Assembly (NCBI GenBank): GCA_965215195.1
Contig: CBDCDC010000002.1
Coordinates: forward strand, 4,096,001-4,160,000
Direction of reading: 5' to 3'
Source: Candidatus Latescibacterota bacterium
Lineage (GTDB): Bacteria > Latescibacterota > UBA2968 > UBA8231
DNA: 64,000 bases
The notes beneath the pieces were generated by a model. That model ran no database searches. It had not been told where the DNA came from and was given only the letters and a program-made list of their open reading frames with translations. This document shows positions 21,654 to 32,203 of this stretch, in pieces; position 1 is the first letter of the stretch, and every line of letters begins with the position of its first letter. The position numbers and the translations under genes are program-made.

Positions 21654-23390
21654 ATGCCCAATCAGATCGACCCCATCCAATTCGAGGTCATTCGCAACGC
21701 CTTGCTCGAAGCCACCGAGGAGATGGCCATTGCCCTCCGGCGCAGCGCGTATTCGACCAACATCAAAACCCGCGCCGATTTCTCCTGCGCCTTTTTCGAC
21801 CGCCAGTTGCGGCCCGTCGCCCAAGCCTTTACCCAGCCAGTACACCTCGGCTCGCTGACGATCCTCACGCCCCGCGCAGTCGCCGAATACGGCCCGGAGC
21901 ACTTGCAGGCCGGAGACGCGATCCTCGTCAACGACCCCTATCGCGGCGGAGTCCATCTCAACGACATCACGCTAATTTCGCCCGTCTATTGCGGCGAGGA
22001 ACTCTTCGGCTATGTGGCCAATCTCGCCCATCACGTCGATGTCGGGGGCGGGGCACCGGCCAGCATTGGTGCTTTCCAGCAGGTGTATCAGGAGGGCATC
22101 ATCATTCCTCCGGTAAAGCTAGTGCGCGGTGGGGAAATCGCGGCCGATGTATTTGAGCTGGTCATTGCCCAGATTCGCTCCAAGCGGGAGACGCGCGGCG
22201 ACTTTCGCGCCCAAGTGGCGGCCAATAATTCGGGGATTCGCCGGCTCAACGGGCTCGTTGAGCAGGTGGGGTCGGCGCAGGCGTCTTTCTACATGGATCG
22301 GCTCATCAGCTACACTAGGGAGCGGACCCTATCCGAGTTGGCCAAGTTGCCCAAGGGGGAGTTCACTGCCGCAGGCGTCGTCGACAACGACGGCTTTACC
22401 GACGAGCCAGTGCGGCTCCAAGTCCGCGTCGTCATCGACGAAGAGGGGGTACTCTTCGACCTGACGGGGTGCGACCCGCAGCGCCGGGCCCCGGTCAATT
22501 CCACTTACGCCCAGACCTTTGCGGCTTGCGCCTACGTGCTCAAGTGCCTGATCGACCAAGACGTGCCGGTCAACGCCGGGTTTTACGAGCAGGTGCGGCT
22601 GGTGGCCCCCGAGGGGACGGTCGTCAACTGCATGGCACCCTCGCCGGTGGTCGGGGGCTGGGAGACCCAAGTGCGGCTGACCGATGTCATTCTCAGGGCA
22701 CTGCATCCGGCGCTGCCCGATAAGATTCCGGCCGCGACCAAAGGGACGATGTGCCAAGTGGGGTTCGGCGGCACAGACCCGCGCACCGGGCAGCTTTATT
22801 CTTATTACGAGACGATGGCTGGCGGCTATGGGGGGCGCAGTGCCAAGGACGGGCCGGATGCCGTGCAGTGCCACGGTCAAAACACCGAGAACGCGCCGAT
22901 TGAGGAAATCGAAATCAACTATCCGCTGCGGATTGACCGCTATGAGCTGATAGAGGACTCAGAGGGGGCTGGGCAGTATCGCGGCGGCTTGGGGCTGCGG
23001 CGCGACTACCGATTTATCGATCACGAAGTGTCCTTTACCGTTCTGTCGGATCGGGATCGCTGGGGGCCGGAAGGGCTGGCTGGAGGGCAAGCCGGGGGCA
23101 AGGCTCGGTACATCCTCGACCCCAAAGGCCAGCACGCCGAATTGGGGTCCAAGACGACGATCGCGCTGGCGGCCGATACGGTCTTTAGCTATCGCACTTG
23201 CGGCGGCGGCGGCTATGGGCCGCCCCATCAGCGCGACCCACAGGCGGTGGCCGAGGATGTGCGCGAGGGCAAGGTGAGTGCGGAGCGGGCGCGGGCCGCG
23301 TATGGCGTGGTCATCGACAGCACTACTGGGCAAGTCGATCCGGCGGCGACCGCGGCGCAGCGGCGGGAGATGGCAGGCGATGGCCTATAG
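21654..23390 (+). CDS. hyuB: Hydantoinase B/5-oxoprolinase family protein
   Basis: DFSCA, NDPYRGGVHLND, HHVDVGG, EG, GQYRGGLG, GGGGYG. Confidence 0.88.
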   Translation: MPNQIDPIQFEVIRNALLEATEEMAIALRRSAYSTNIKTRADFSCAFFDRQLRPVAQAFTQPVHLGSLTILTPRAVAEYGPEHLQAGDAILVNDPYRGGVHLNDITLISPVYCGEELFGYVANLAHHVDVGGGAPASIGAFQQVYQEGIIIPPVKLVRGGEIAADVFELVIAQIRSKRETRGDFRAQVAANNSGIRRLNGLVEQVGSAQASFYMDRLISYTRERTLSELAKLPKGEFTAAGVVDNDGFTDEPVRLQVRVVIDEEGVLFDLTGCDPQRRAPVNSTYAQTFAACAYVLKCLIDQDVPVNAGFYEQVRLVAPEGTVVNCMAPSPVVGGWETQVRLTDVILRALHPALPDKIPAATKGTMCQVGFGGTDPRTGQLYSYYETMAGGYGGRSAKDGPDAVQCHGQNTENAPIEEIEINYPLRIDRYELIEDSEGAGQYRGGLGLRRDYRFIDHEVSFTVLSDRDRWGPEGLAGGQAGGKARYILDPKGQHAELGSKTTIALAADTVFSYRTCGGGGYGPPHQRDPQAVAEDVREGKVSAERARAAYGVVIDSTTGQVDPAATAAQRREMAGDGL

Positions 23391-25476
23391 ACTCGGCGTG
23401 GATATCGGCGGGACCTTTACCGATATTGCGCTCATTGACGAAGCGAGCGGGCGCATCTATACCGGCAAGGTCGCCTCAACTCCCCAAGACCCGTCCGCCG
23501 GGTTTATGGAAGCTGTGCAGCGGCTGCTCGCCCAGCAGCAGGTCGCCGCTAAAGACGTGGCTTACATCGTCCACGGCACCACAATCGCCACCAACGCCAT
23601 CATCGAAGGCAAGGTCGCGCCAACGGGCTTTATCACCACCGAAGGCTTCCGCGATATGCTGGAAATCGCCCGCCAAATTCGCCCCACCCTCTACGACTTG
23701 CAATTTGAAAAGCCGCGGCCGCTCGTGCCGCGCCACCGCTGTTTTGGCGTACCCGAGCGCCTCAATGCCGGCGGCATCGTGCTTACACCGCTCGACGAAG
23801 ACGCCCTGCGCCAAGTAGCCGACAAGCTGCGCGACGAGGGCGTGGAGTCCATCGCCGTCTGCTTTTTACACGCCTACGCCAATCCGCTCCACGAGCGGCG
23901 GGCCGGGGAGATTCTCGCCGAGGTCTTTCCCGAGGCTGTCGTCTCCCTGTCGGCCGAAGTTGCACCTGAGTTCCGCGAGTACTTGCGGGCCAGCACGACT
24001 GTGATCAATAGCTGCATCCGCCCGGTGGTCGCGCGCTATTTGCAGCGGATCGAAGATCGGTTGGCACAGGCCGGTATCGCGGCCGAGCTGCTCGTAATGC
24101 AGAGCAGCGGCGGAGTGTACACCTTTGCGGCGGCGCGGCAAAAGCCGGTGTACATGGTTGAGTCCGGCCCGGCCGCCGGGGTGATTGCGGCCGCGCATCT
24201 GGGGCAAGCGCGGGGTTATGAGCAAGTGATTTCTTTTGATATGGGCGGGACGACCGCCAAAGCCGGTCTGATCCAAGGCGGCACCCCCAGCGTGACTAAG
24301 GACTACGAGGTCGGGACGACGGCGCAAGCGGGCCTTGGGGCGACTCGGGGTGCGGGGTATCCAATTCGCACGCCGGTTATCGACCTCGTGGAAATCGGCG
24401 CGGGCGGCGGGTCTATCGCTTGGGTGGATCCCGGCGGCATCCTGCGGGTTGGCCCCCAAAGTGCCGGGGCCGATCCCGGGCCGGTCTGCTATGGCCAAGG
24501 CGGTACGCAACCCACGGTCACCGACGCTAACCTCGTATTGGGACGGCTCAACCCGAGCTATTTCCTCGGCGGCGAGATCGCCCTCGACCCGGCGGCCGCG
24601 CAACGCGCCATCGAACAACACTGCGCCCGGCCGCTGGGCATGGAGCTAGTTGAGGCCGCCCACGGCATCGTCGAGATCGCCAACACTGCCATGGTCAACG
24701 CGCTGCGGCTGGTCTCCGTGCAGCGCGGCTACGACCCGCGCGACTTTGCGCTGGTGGCCTTTGGCGGTGCGGGACCAGCCCACGCCAACCGCCTCGCCGC
24801 CCTGACCGAGATTCCCGTGGCGATCATTCCCCAAAGCCCGGGCACGGCCTCGGCGCTGGGCCTGTTGGTGACGGACTTAAAACACGATTACGCCACGACT
24901 CTCATCGAGCGGTTGGACTCGGTAGCCCCGGACGCCTTGGCGCAAATTTTCGCAGACCTAGAGGCCAAGGGACGCCAAACGCTCAAGCGCGAGGGAATGA
25001 CGGAAGCAACGATGGAGTTCCAGCGGCAAGCGGATCTGCGCTACGTTGGGCAGAGCCACGAACTGACGCTCCCGTTGGCGACCGACCCCTTAGACCCGGC
25101 CCAGCTAGCGCAGCTATTGGAGCAATTCCACCGCACCCACGAGCGCGCCTATGGCTTTAGTGCGCCGGGCGAGCCGGTTGAGTTAGTCAGTCTGCGGCTT
25201 GCGGCCATCGGCCAGATCGCCAAACCCGCGTTAGCACCGCTAGCGGAGGCTGCCGGAGAGGCTACGGCCAAAGAGCAGCGCCCGGTGTATTTCGCCGAGA
25301 GCGAAGGATTCGTCGATTGTCCAGTGTACGACCGCTATGCGCTGGGGGCTGGGGCTATTGTGCGCGGTCCGGCGATTATCGAGGAAATCGATTCGACCAC
25401 CGTCGTCCATCCTCAGTACCAAGTGCGCGTGGACGAGGTTGGGCAGATGGCGCTGACGGCGGCAGAGGCGCGTTAA
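23380..25476 (+). CDS. hyuA: Hydantoinase A/5-oxoprolinase family protein
   Basis: DIGGTFTD, HGTTIATN, SGPAAG, DMGGTT, GAGGGS, GPQSAGADPGP. Confidence 0.9.
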   Translation: MAYRLGVDIGGTFTDIALIDEASGRIYTGKVASTPQDPSAGFMEAVQRLLAQQQVAAKDVAYIVHGTTIATNAIIEGKVAPTGFITTEGFRDMLEIARQIRPTLYDLQFEKPRPLVPRHRCFGVPERLNAGGIVLTPLDEDALRQVADKLRDEGVESIAVCFLHAYANPLHERRAGEILAEVFPEAVVSLSAEVAPEFREYLRASTTVINSCIRPVVARYLQRIEDRLAQAGIAAELLVMQSSGGVYTFAAARQKPVYMVESGPAAGVIAAAHLGQARGYEQVISFDMGGTTAKAGLIQGGTPSVTKDYEVGTTAQAGLGATRGAGYPIRTPVIDLVEIGAGGGSIAWVDPGGILRVGPQSAGADPGPVCYGQGGTQPTVTDANLVLGRLNPSYFLGGEIALDPAAAQRAIEQHCARPLGMELVEAAHGIVEIANTAMVNALRLVSVQRGYDPRDFALVAFGGAGPAHANRLAALTEIPVAIIPQSPGTASALGLLVTDLKHDYATTLIERLDSVAPDALAQIFADLEAKGRQTLKREGMTEATMEFQRQADLRYVGQSHELTLPLATDPLDPAQLAQLLEQFHRTHERAYGFSAPGEPVELVSLRLAAIGQIAKPALAPLAEAAGEATAKEQRPVYFAESEGFVDCPVYDRYALGAGAIVRGPAIIEEIDSTTVVHPQYQVRVDEVGQMALTAAEAR

Positions 25477-25539
25477 AGCAATTACCCCGATTGAACGGAG
25501 CAAGCGATAGCGGCGGCAATACCTGTTCGAACGCGAGCG

Positions 25540-26241
25540 TTACCGCACGGGAAAATCAAAGTACGTGTCTGGATACGGTTCGTCTTTAAGCGTATAGTGC
25601 CACCACTCTTTGTCGTAATTCACAAAGCCGTGGTTCTCCATCGCGACCTTTAACAACAGCCGATTGCGTCTCTGTTGCTCCGAAATTCGCGGATCGTCCG
25701 TATTGGACAATGTGTCGAAATAATCAAACGGCGTACCCATATCCAACTCTGTAGAACTCGCGTTCTCGACCAAAGTCAAATCGAGCGTACTGCCCCTGCT
25801 GTGGCCCGATTGGTCTGCGATATAACCCTTCTCGACGAGTTGAGATTTGTCTTCGTTGGGATAGTACTGCGCCTTCATTTTTTGCTCGTCTGCATCGCGT
25901 ACCCATTCTACAAAGTGATCCACTGCTTCCTGCGGGCGGTAGCAATCGAAAATTTTCAACGTGTACCCTGCCTCGCTTAGTTCGCTCTGTACTTTCTTGA
26001 GTGCTTCACTGGCCGGGCTGGTGAGAATGCACTTCGCGCTTTCATACCCTCTCACTTTTGTCCCCAAAAAATTATCATTTGAATAATACCGCATATCAAA
26101 AATGAGAGACGGGATCGCAGCGTTGACCACGACAAACGATGCGGGCATGGACAAACCATTTCTGGCAATGGTTTTTTTGTGCGAACAACTCAAAACAAAG
26201 AGCATCGCAACAAGGCACAGGCCCCGCTGAATAATTTTCAC
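25540..26241 (-). CDS. ddpX: D-Ala-D-Ala dipeptidase (M15D, VanX/DdpX family), lipoprotein
   Basis: FDCYRP, SGHSRGSTLD, DMGTPFD, EWWHY; lipobox VLSC. Confidence 0.88.
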   Translation of the reverse strand: MKIIQRGLCLVAMLFVLSCSHKKTIARNGLSMPASFVVVNAAIPSLIFDMRYYSNDNFLGTKVRGYESAKCILTSPASEALKKVQSELSEAGYTLKIFDCYRPQEAVDHFVEWVRDADEQKMKAQYYPNEDKSQLVEKGYIADQSGHSRGSTLDLTLVENASSTELDMGTPFDYFDTLSNTDDPRISEQQRRNRLLLKVAMENHGFVNYDKEWWHYTLKDEPYPDTYFDFPVR

Positions 26242-26253
26242 GGCATTCCTCTT

Positions 26254-28023
26254 TCACTTGTCGAAGTAGGGATGCGCCGACACGGGTGCTTTGGGGATCT
26301 CGCCACTCGGCGGCTTGAGCGTGATGTCCTCGAACAGGACCATGCGAGGAGTGACGATACTCACGAGGACTGACTCACCCCGACCGCCGTAAAAGGGAGA
26401 GGAGTTGTCCTCCGAGCGAAAGGGAACGGTGTTGACCGCGTGCGTCTTGGACACCTTCACGATGTCCTTGAAGGTATGGAGGCCGATGCCGGCAAATTCC
26501 GCGTTGCGCACCAGTTCCTCGCGGCCGTCGAGATAGACCTTATAGACGAAGATCGCGTTTGCCAGCTCGTCCTCGTCGTCAGAGGAACCGGAGGAATAGT
26601 AGATAACCTGAGGTTCCACGTTGTACGACGAGTTGGCGACGTGGGTGACGATGTAGCCGTACTGTTTTTTCTGCCTTTTGATCAATTTGAAAAATTCCTT
26701 GCGGAGCTGCTTTTCGCTCAGGCCCTTCTCCGTCTCCACTAAGATATTGCTGGGGGCGACGCCCGCACCGCGGCGATTGCCGGTGCTCTGGTCGATGCCG
26801 CGCACGGGCGTGCGCGTGGTCAACAGGGTCTCCAGCACACCCTTCCGCACCAAGCGGGTCGGACGCGCCGGTACGCCTTCGTCGTCAACGCTATAGCCGC
26901 CCAACAAGGGCTGCTTTTTATAGGCGTCCATGAGCGGCTCGGCGCGCACGTTGAGGAATTCGGGCAGGACGCGCACACCAATTTTGTCGAGGAAAGGGTT
27001 TTCCTTTTTCTGCGGGTAGAAGCGCTCGTATTGCGGATTGTCGCTCAGGGCCCGGCGCGTCGACAGCATGTACGGCACAAACCCCTGATTGAACAGCTCG
27101 GTGGCCGCTTGGCCCGCAAAGATCACGGGGCCGGTATAGCGCTCGACCAAAGGAGCGTGGCGAAGTTGCTTCAGGCGCTCGCCCATGGCCTTGATCTGCG
27201 CGGCCAGCTCGTCGTCGCTGGGAAGGTCTTCTGATGAACGGGCGTACACAGCGACGAAGTCCTCCAGCGGCATGCCGTCTGGGGCTTGGGTGGCGGCAAC
27301 CGCAGTGAAGGCCAGCGACGAATTGGTGCGCGAGAAGGAAGAGCCTTCGCTGTTGAGGTAGTGGACCGAGGTGTTGGAGCCATTGAAACTAACCCGCGAC
27401 GTGAAGACGTCGGGCATCTCGCGGAACAGGCCCGAAAGCTGGCGCACTCGCTGGTCCAAGAGGTCGAGATCTAGGACAACGGGCGTCATTTTGCGTACTG
27501 CGGTGGCAGGCTCTTCCCGGCTGAAATCGGGAATTTCCTCGGTGCGAGTTTTGTTCTGCAAGGTGGCGCGCTTCTTGGCCAGATCTTCGAGTGCCTTCTT
27601 GTAGGCCCCGTCGGTGGCCAGCCATATTTTGCGCCGCAACTCGTCGTAGTCGTCTTCGAGGGGCAACGGCACGCTGCCGCCGTACATGCGCACCACGCCC
27701 GTACCGCCGAAGGAAAACGAGCGGAAGTTGGTGTTGTCGAGGGCGTAGTCCCCAACCCGCACTTCGACACTCAGTTCGCGCGAGTGGTTTTCGCCGCTGT
27801 TGAGCAGACTGCCAAAGGTCGCCGAGCTGCTCTTGGACTTTACTTGGCGCACGAGGTAGGAAATGAAGTAGGGCTGCTCTAGGTCTTCGAGCTGGAGTTG
27901 CTGCATTGAGCGCGCCAATTCGTCGCGCAGGGCGCGTTGCAGCATGTCGTCTGCGGCGTGGACGGCGGAAAACGCCAGTAGGGCTGCAATCGTCAGAACG
28001 TGGATAGAGGGCCTTTTGCACAT
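26254..28023 (-). CDS. Exported PmbA/TldE-like (non-catalytic) subunit
   Basis: Signal peptide ending SAVHA; VRVGDY, YTGPVIF, DDEGVP; no HExxxH. Confidence 0.75.
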   Translation of the reverse strand: MCKRPSIHVLTIAALLAFSAVHAADDMLQRALRDELARSMQQLQLEDLEQPYFISYLVRQVKSKSSSATFGSLLNSGENHSRELSVEVRVGDYALDNTNFRSFSFGGTGVVRMYGGSVPLPLEDDYDELRRKIWLATDGAYKKALEDLAKKRATLQNKTRTEEIPDFSREEPATAVRKMTPVVLDLDLLDQRVRQLSGLFREMPDVFTSRVSFNGSNTSVHYLNSEGSSFSRTNSSLAFTAVAATQAPDGMPLEDFVAVYARSSEDLPSDDELAAQIKAMGERLKQLRHAPLVERYTGPVIFAGQAATELFNQGFVPYMLSTRRALSDNPQYERFYPQKKENPFLDKIGVRVLPEFLNVRAEPLMDAYKKQPLLGGYSVDDEGVPARPTRLVRKGVLETLLTTRTPVRGIDQSTGNRRGAGVAPSNILVETEKGLSEKQLRKEFFKLIKRQKKQYGYIVTHVANSSYNVEPQVIYYSSGSSDDEDELANAIFVYKVYLDGREELVRNAEFAGIGLHTFKDIVKVSKTHAVNTVPFRSEDNSSPFYGGRGESVLVSIVTPRMVLFEDITLKPPSGEIPKAPVSAHPYFDK

Positions 28024-28052
28024 GGGATGGCTCCTGCCGGAAGGGAACGGGA

Positions 28053-29768
28053 TCAAAGGAGGTCGTCGGCTTCTTCTTCGGCCGACTCGGAGAAAGGCGC
28101 TTCGAGGATGGGCCGGCGCTCTTGGGACTTGGTCTTCTTCTGCACTTCGATCTGGGAGATGAAAATGCCGGGGGAGACCGCGGCCACGGGCACACCTCCC
28201 GACTCGGCCCCGCAGATGCCGTTGAACACGCCGATCTGATCGTCGGCCGCGGCGATCTGGCTGAAGGCGGTGAGCGGCGTGCCGATCAGATCGACTCCGC
28301 GCACCAGTTCCTCGCGCCCGTCGGTATAAATGCGGTACACCATGATGGGAAGCACGTTGAAGGCGTTGGGTATGGTGCGACCAGTGATGGTGAAGCCGCC
28401 TTGGATGTCTGCGAAATAGAGACCGAACTCCTTGTCCTCCATGCGGCACTGTTCGATGAGCATTGCCTTGAGCTGGTCTCGGGTCAGGGGCTCCGCGGTC
28501 TCGACGATGAGGTTGGACTGGCGCGCCACCGGGGCATAGCCCGGCTGCTTGCGTCCGTGGCCATTGGAATGGGGGAAATTCTCGATCGGCGAGCGCGACA
28601 TGAGGAAGCGGCGGAAAATCCCGTTCTCGACCACGGCCACCCGCTGTCCCTTGACGCCTTGATTGTCGTACGCGTAGGCCCCCACTAGATCCTTGCCGGC
28701 GCTGCTTGTCTGGGTGGGATCGAAGTAAACCGAGAAGGTCTCGGGCAGGACTTTCTCCCCCACTTTCTTTTTGAAGGTCTGGCCCTCATCCTCGCGCTTC
28801 TGGCGGTGGCCTTCGATGCGGTGTCCGAAAATTTCGTGGAAGAGGACGCCGCTGGCGCGACCCGAGAGAATCGCCGGACCCGTATAGGGGGCCACCACCG
28901 GGGCGTCGCGCAGGGCTTGTAAGTCGGCGATCATGCGCTCCACCAAGGCGAGGACCTCGTCGTCGCTGGGCAGGCCCTCCGGGGCAAAGGCCGAGAAGGA
29001 TTCGTAGCGCGGCAATTCCATGCCGTCGTCGGCCTTGGTAAAGGCGTAGATGAACAGGCGGTAGAGCACCTGCGAGGTCTGGAGCTCGCTGCCCTCGCTG
29101 TTGACGTATTGGCGAGTCGCGATATTGGCCGAGAGGCTGGCGTTGGCCTCGTACATGTCGCCGTACTGGGCGAAGGGGGCCGTGTACTGCTTGAGCTTGG
29201 CCTCCCATTCGGCGCGGGAGATGTCAAAGGCGGCGGCCTCTGCCAGATGGTGCTCGACCGGCTCTTTGGAGAAATCGTCCGATTGATCTTCCTCTTCCAC
29301 CTTGACTTGGACGTTGGTCTGAACCGCGGTTAGCTGTTCGATGGCGCGCTTGTACTTTTTGTCGGTGTGATACCAGAGCACACTGCGGATGGCGTCTGGG
29401 TCGTCCTCAATGGGAATTTCGATCCTCGAATAGCGATCGGACCAATTGGTGGGACTGCCGCGCACTTGGTGCGTATTGTCGAAGGCGTAGTCCCCCACGC
29501 GCAGATCGATGTCGAGCTGGCGGCGGCGCGATTCGTCGCTGTAGGTCAGCACGCCGAAGGAAGCCCGGACATTGATCCCCTGCGTCTCGGTGATTTCGTA
29601 GCTGAGGTAGTAGGGCGGGACAGGCTGCTCTTGGAGCAGGCCGAAGGAGCGGGTCAATTCCTCCTGCATGGCCTGCAGCAGCCGGGAAGAGGTCTCGGCC
29701 CGAACGCCATCCGCGGCGCACGCGGCGCAGACGAGGCAAAGGCATAGAAGTCGGGAAAAGGTTCTCAT
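28053..29768 (-). CDS. tldD: Exported TldD-like metalloprotease
   Basis: N-terminal signal; FHEIFGHRIEG; NGHGR; C-terminal GICGAESG Cys ligand. Confidence 0.8.
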   Translation of the reverse strand: MRTFSRLLCLCLVCAACAADGVRAETSSRLLQAMQEELTRSFGLLQEQPVPPYYLSYEITETQGINVRASFGVLTYSDESRRRQLDIDLRVGDYAFDNTHQVRGSPTNWSDRYSRIEIPIEDDPDAIRSVLWYHTDKKYKRAIEQLTAVQTNVQVKVEEEDQSDDFSKEPVEHHLAEAAAFDISRAEWEAKLKQYTAPFAQYGDMYEANASLSANIATRQYVNSEGSELQTSQVLYRLFIYAFTKADDGMELPRYESFSAFAPEGLPSDDEVLALVERMIADLQALRDAPVVAPYTGPAILSGRASGVLFHEIFGHRIEGHRQKREDEGQTFKKKVGEKVLPETFSVYFDPTQTSSAGKDLVGAYAYDNQGVKGQRVAVVENGIFRRFLMSRSPIENFPHSNGHGRKQPGYAPVARQSNLIVETAEPLTRDQLKAMLIEQCRMEDKEFGLYFADIQGGFTITGRTIPNAFNVLPIMVYRIYTDGREELVRGVDLIGTPLTAFSQIAAADDQIGVFNGICGAESGGVPVAAVSPGIFISQIEVQKKTKSQERRPILEAPFSESAEEEADDLL

Positions 29769-29814
29769 TAGCAGGCCTTTCTTTGGTTTAGCGCGGAAAT
29801 TTTCTATATCAGTG

Positions 29815-31413
29815 CTACATGCCCCACACGATGACCCTTCGTCCATCCCGGCGCACCTCGCGGCGGAACACCTTCTCCGCCCACTGCTTCGCTTCCGTGC
29901 GGTCGAACACGATCAGGTGCCCGACCTCGCTCCCGCACCGGTCCATGTAGCGCAACGTCTGCTCGACGCCCGTGCCGATGGTGCCCTCCAAGCGTTGCCG
30001 TCTTCCTTCATGCCAGACCTTGCACTCAATGACGACCTTGCTCCACAGGTCTGGCGGGCCCTCGCCCACCGGCCACCGGATCAGCAGGTCGGTGCGCCCC
30101 CGTCCCAAGCCGTACTCCCGTTCGAGACGCCCGCCACCGTTGACCACCCGCTGCAAGAACGCCTGCAGGATGAGCTGCGGCCCCGCCTCCCGATACTCGA
30201 ACCGGCCCAGCCAATGCTCGGAGTGGGCGCGGAAGAACGACTGGAAGGCGGTCAGCAGCTTGTCGACGTTCAGGCCGCCGTCGGCGTCCACGTACCAAGC
30301 CGCGTCTTGGTCTAGGCTGTCCTGCAGGACGTAGCCCAATTCCCGCGGCACCACCTCCGCGTAGAGGGGATTGGCCAGGCGCGGCGGGGCGTCTTGGGCG
30401 ACCAAGCCCAAGTCGCGGACGTAATTGAGGTCGCGGAGATGATAGCAGGGTTCGTCGGTGCCGCTGAGTATGGGCTCAACGACGCGCCGCACGCGCGCCT
30501 CCTCCAGCTTGTGGGCGAGCTGATCGAGGTGGGTGCGTCGGCTCAGGATCAGGCGCTCGCGGGCGTCGAGGATGTCGGCGGCGGCGATGGCGCGGGAGCG
30601 GTCGCGGCCGGCCGGGTGGTCGAAGCAGGCGTCGGCGCACAGGGCGTTGACCAGCCAAGGCTGGCCTTGCGTCTGCGTCCAGACCAACTCCAAGGCTTCC
30701 GGGGTGAATGCCTGCCCGGTCTCGTCGGTGTGCTGCGCTATCAGTGCCCGCGTCTCGGCTTCGGAAAAGTCGCCGAGGCGCAGGGACTTGGCCACCACGT
30801 TGAACGGGCTGCCGCCGGCGATCAGCTCGCCCGCGCTCGAGCGGATGCGATAGTCCTGAATGTCGCGCACCCCGCACAGCACCACGCTTTGCGGAAAGCC
30901 TTCGGGACGCTGCTCGTAGCCTGACCGCAACTGGCGGAGCACCGACAGCAGAGTATCGCCGACGAGGGCGTCAATCTCGTCGATCAGCAGCACAACCGGC
31001 GTCGGATCGGCCATGCACCAGCGCGTCAACGCCGCCCCGAGCGCACGGCCTGGGCCGAATTTCGTCAGGATGTCCAGCCAAGCCTCGTCTAAGAACCTGT
31101 CGCCTGACAACAACGCATTGTCGGCCAGTTCCCCAAGAATGGTACGCATGGCACCTTCCACATCCTCGCGCATGGCTTGGGCGGCCTCGACGTTCACGTA
31201 CACGCACCGGAAGTCGCCTTGTTCGCCGTGGTTCAGCAGGTCGCGCAACGCGATGAGGGCGGATGTCTTGCCCGTCTGCCGGGGCGCGTGCAGCACGAAG
31301 TACCGTTTGTCCCGGATCATTTGCAGGATTTCGTCGAGATTCACCCGGTCCAGCGGCGGGATGTGGTAGTGGTCCTCGGGGCGGATGGGGCCTTCTGTAT
31401 TGAATCGGCGCAT
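29815..31413 (-). CDS. AAA_35-like ATPase with C-terminal PD-(D/E)xK nuclease-like domain
   Basis: FNTEGP, APRQTGKT, LIDEID, SPFN; REYGLGRGRTDL…IECK. Confidence 0.8.
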   Translation of the reverse strand: MRRFNTEGPIRPEDHYHIPPLDRVNLDEILQMIRDKRYFVLHAPRQTGKTSALIALRDLLNHGEQGDFRCVYVNVEAAQAMREDVEGAMRTILGELADNALLSGDRFLDEAWLDILTKFGPGRALGAALTRWCMADPTPVVLLIDEIDALVGDTLLSVLRQLRSGYEQRPEGFPQSVVLCGVRDIQDYRIRSSAGELIAGGSPFNVVAKSLRLGDFSEAETRALIAQHTDETGQAFTPEALELVWTQTQGQPWLVNALCADACFDHPAGRDRSRAIAAADILDARERLILSRRTHLDQLAHKLEEARVRRVVEPILSGTDEPCYHLRDLNYVRDLGLVAQDAPPRLANPLYAEVVPRELGYVLQDSLDQDAAWYVDADGGLNVDKLLTAFQSFFRAHSEHWLGRFEYREAGPQLILQAFLQRVVNGGGRLEREYGLGRGRTDLLIRWPVGEGPPDLWSKVVIECKVWHEGRRQRLEGTIGTGVEQTLRYMDRCGSEVGHLIVFDRTEAKQWAEKVFRREVRRDGRRVIVWGM

Positions 31414-31489
31414 GGATCAAGTATATGCCTCAGCGACGCGATTCGACAACCGGCGTTCCGGCGAGAGCGAAGGCCGCCTTGCGCGCCGC

Positions 31490-31525
31490 TTGACGAGTCC
31501 CCATGTTAGTCATATCCTTAGCTAA
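31490..31525 (+). promoter_or_regulatory. TA operon promoter with a probable operator
   Basis: TTGACG-17-TATCCT, overlapped by TTAGTCA and TTAGCTAA boxes. Confidence 0.5.
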
Positions 31526-31546
31526 GCCATCCTCAAGGAGCCTATT

Positions 31547-31780
31547 ATGACAACGGTGAACGTACACGAAGCAAAGACCAACCTGTCGCGCCTGCTTGCC
31601 CAAGTTGAGGCCGGGGAGGAGGTCGTCATCGCCCGCAACGGCAAGCCGGTGGCGCGGCTGGTGGCTTGCAAGCGCCAGGGCAAGCCGCGGCCCGGAACTC
31701 TCAAGGGGAAGATAACCATACCCGACAGCTTCTTCGACCCGCTGCCGGAAGAGGAGCTGGTTCTCTGGGAGGGGGGTTGA
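31547..31780 (+). CDS. Phd/YefM family antitoxin
   Basis: VNVHEAKTNLSRLL…GEEVVIARNGKPVARL. Confidence 0.9.
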   Translation: MTTVNVHEAKTNLSRLLAQVEAGEEVVIARNGKPVARLVACKRQGKPRPGTLKGKITIPDSFFDPLPEEELVLWEGG

Positions 31781-31783
31781 GCG

Positions 31784-32170
31784 TTGCGGCTCCTGTTGGA
31801 CACCCACGCTTTTCTCTGGTGGCTTACAGACGACACCCGGTTGCCACAACCTGCTCGGCGGGCCATCGAGGCCGAAGCGAACGACAAACTGATCAGTGCA
31901 GCGTCGGCTTGGGAAATCGCCATCAAGCACAATCTTGGCAAGCTGCCGGATGCCGACGCCATAGCTTTTGACATTCCCGGGAACATCGCCGACCAAGGCT
32001 TCCAAGAGCTGCCGATCACCGTGGAAGACGCCGCCCGCGCCGGATCGCTGCCGGATCTCCACCGCGATCCCTTCGACCGCATGCTCATCGCTCAAGCACT
32101 GATGCACAATCTCGTTTTCATATCGAATGAATCGCTTTTCGACCGGTACGGCGTTCGCCGCCTGTGGTAA
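31784..32170 (+). CDS. vapC: VapC PIN-domain toxin
   Basis: LLLDTH, SAWEIAIK, HRDPFDRMLIAQA. Confidence 0.9.
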   Translation: MRLLLDTHAFLWWLTDDTRLPQPARRAIEAEANDKLISAASAWEIAIKHNLGKLPDADAIAFDIPGNIADQGFQELPITVEDAARAGSLPDLHRDPFDRMLIAQALMHNLVFISNESLFDRYGVRRLW

Positions 32171-32203
32171 TTGATGCGGTCGTAATAGCACGCCAGGTTT
32201 CTC

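Noticed and set aside
25540-26241. Vancomycin-resistance cluster
   Set aside because: Only a vanX/ddpX-like gene is present, with no vanH, vanA or vanRS.
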